NCBI GenBank assembly: GCA_951406725.2
Contig: OX597815.1
Location: 51,336,001-51,400,000, forward strand
Direction: 5' to 3'
Source of the DNA: Octopus vulgaris
Taxonomy: Eukaryota
Length of the DNA stretch: 64,000 nucleotides
Part shown: piece by piece, positions 62,550 through 64,000 of the stretch
Layout: the number at the start of each line of letters is the position of its first letter
Numbering within the stretch: position 1 is the stretch's first letter
Position numbers and translations under genes: made by a program
The notes under the pieces: model-generated
Databases searched by the model: none
The model's input: the letters and a program-made list of their open reading frames with translations, nothing else
What the model was told of the DNA's origin: nothing

Positions 62550-63910
62550 TGTAATTCTCAGGTGGAATCAATGTGACACAGCGTGACTAGGCTGAGCTTT
62601 TGAATAACAAGCACAAATCCTTCCAAATGTTTTCCAAATGTTTCTGTCAATCTAGTTCCACACACAAGGTTTGGGCTAACCCAGGGCTATGATAAAAGAT
62701 ATTTGCTCAAGATGCCATGCAGTGGAACTGAACTTAGAACCTTGTTATTGTAAAGTAGTTTTCTTAGCCATTCAGTCAAGCTGCATCCAAAAGTTACTTA
62801 GAATTAATTTAAACCATGTATATTTAACTCACCAAACAATTATCCCACCAATTATATGAGTGGAAATTGACAAGTCAAGCAGAAAGAACCAGAAGTTCAT
62901 TTTTACTTAAGGTAGATTTAGTTATTTGATAAATAGAAAGTGAGAAAATATGTAACAGATGAAATACTAAGAGTACTTGTAGGTGGTGCCCTCGGGTAGT
63001 TACAGATCAAAGACTGACACTAGTAAAAGAATAAAAGAATATGGTAGGAAAATAGCCAAACTGGTAGAGTATGGGACAAAATATCATATGATACTAGGTT
63101 ACATCCTTTTATATTCTGTGTTCAAATCTTACCCAGGTTCACTTAATTTTCATTCTTCTGAAGCTGTTAAAATAATTTACACACAATAAAAAAAATACTG
63201 GGGATAACATAATTAGCTGTAACCCAGAAGGTAGTACTCCAGTATGACCATTGTCTAATGACTGAAACCAATAAAAGAATTTAAAGTAAATACAATTTAT
63301 AGAATTAGTTTGCATTGTTCACATCACACTTCTCTCGAGGATGAACAAGATGTTCTTCCAATTCTTGCTGAATTATCAACAGATCTGTGGATTACACCTA
63401 ATAATTTGGCCAACTACCTCTCTATTAAATCAGAATTGATCTGGGTTTCAATAACGACAATAACTATTAACATTTTAATTACATATTTATTCTAAGACTG
63501 GTTTCAACATTGATCATTATTGATTTCATTTGACTTTTCAAAATTTCATATCCCTCAACAATTACAATTACTTCCTTTCTATGATCAAATGAAGGTCAAC
63601 TTTTTTGCTGAAAATAAAAATAGCAACCAAGTCTATTTCACATCGCACTCCCTCACTGGCAGTTAATAATGATAGTGCTGACTGAGAGAGGACCTCATTC
63701 AGAGCACTTTGACCTGTCTCAAGCAAATTAATCACCAAATGAATAACGAATCTCTTGTCTATTTGTTCATTAGTTATTTGTATTACAACCACTTCTTGTT
63801 CCCAAACTAATCATGAAGAATAAAGAAGAGAAAATAATAAGGATAATTTATCAAATAAGTGTTTCACAAGATTGTTAAGGTATATAAAAAATATATAAGA
63901 TATAAAGATT

Positions 63911-63994
63911 TTGCTCTGATGAAGCTATAAGGTGCTACATAAACACCCAACTATGAATGCATTGTGTTTTATGCCAGAAACAGCTGTAAGCCAA
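63911..63994 (+). ncRNA. type I hammerhead ribozyme candidate with intact catalytic core
   Basis: GCU (63913-63915), CUGAUGA (63916-63922), 54-nt stem II region, GAAA (63977-63980), C-AGCU-G, UA, AGC (63989-63991). Predicted GUA cleavage after 63988. Confidence 0.65.
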
Positions 63995-64000
63995 TGAAGT

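Noticed and set aside
63310-63792. ORFs 63310-63495 (+) and 63568-63792 (-), and a possible 36-nt minus-strand microexon
   Set aside because: No recognisable homology and only partial splice support.

Overview
AT-rich, repeat-dense eukaryotic genomic DNA. The SINE, RTE and microsatellite landscape looks like an octopus (cephalopod mollusc) genome; this is inferred from remembered repeat families, not from a search. No host gene can be named, only four short low-confidence + strand exon candidates. Recognisable coding sequence is all transposon-derived: (1) a young 5'-truncated CR1-group LINE with an uninterrupted RT frame (~40790-42947, +); (2) a 5'-truncated Penelope-like element (PLE) with RT thumb and C-terminal GIY-YIG, an inverted pseudo-LTR and a hammerhead ribozyme (5932-7921, -), nested in a SINE; (3) a decayed MULE DNA transposon; (4) decayed RTE and CR1-group fragments. 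There are also many tRNA-derived SINEs and piggyBac-type and hAT-type MITEs. The most interesting signal is a set of self-cleaving-ribozyme motifs: three type I hammerhead motifs with a tiny palindromic stem III and a 54-77 nt stem II region (6049-6164, 19119-19204, and 63911-63994 with an intact core), two short hammerhead remnants, and a possible decayed HDV-like fold. Several long inverted repeats are also present. Almost all ORFs in the supplied track are microsatellite or repeat artefacts. Boundaries were placed by eye and are approximate unless motif coordinates are given.
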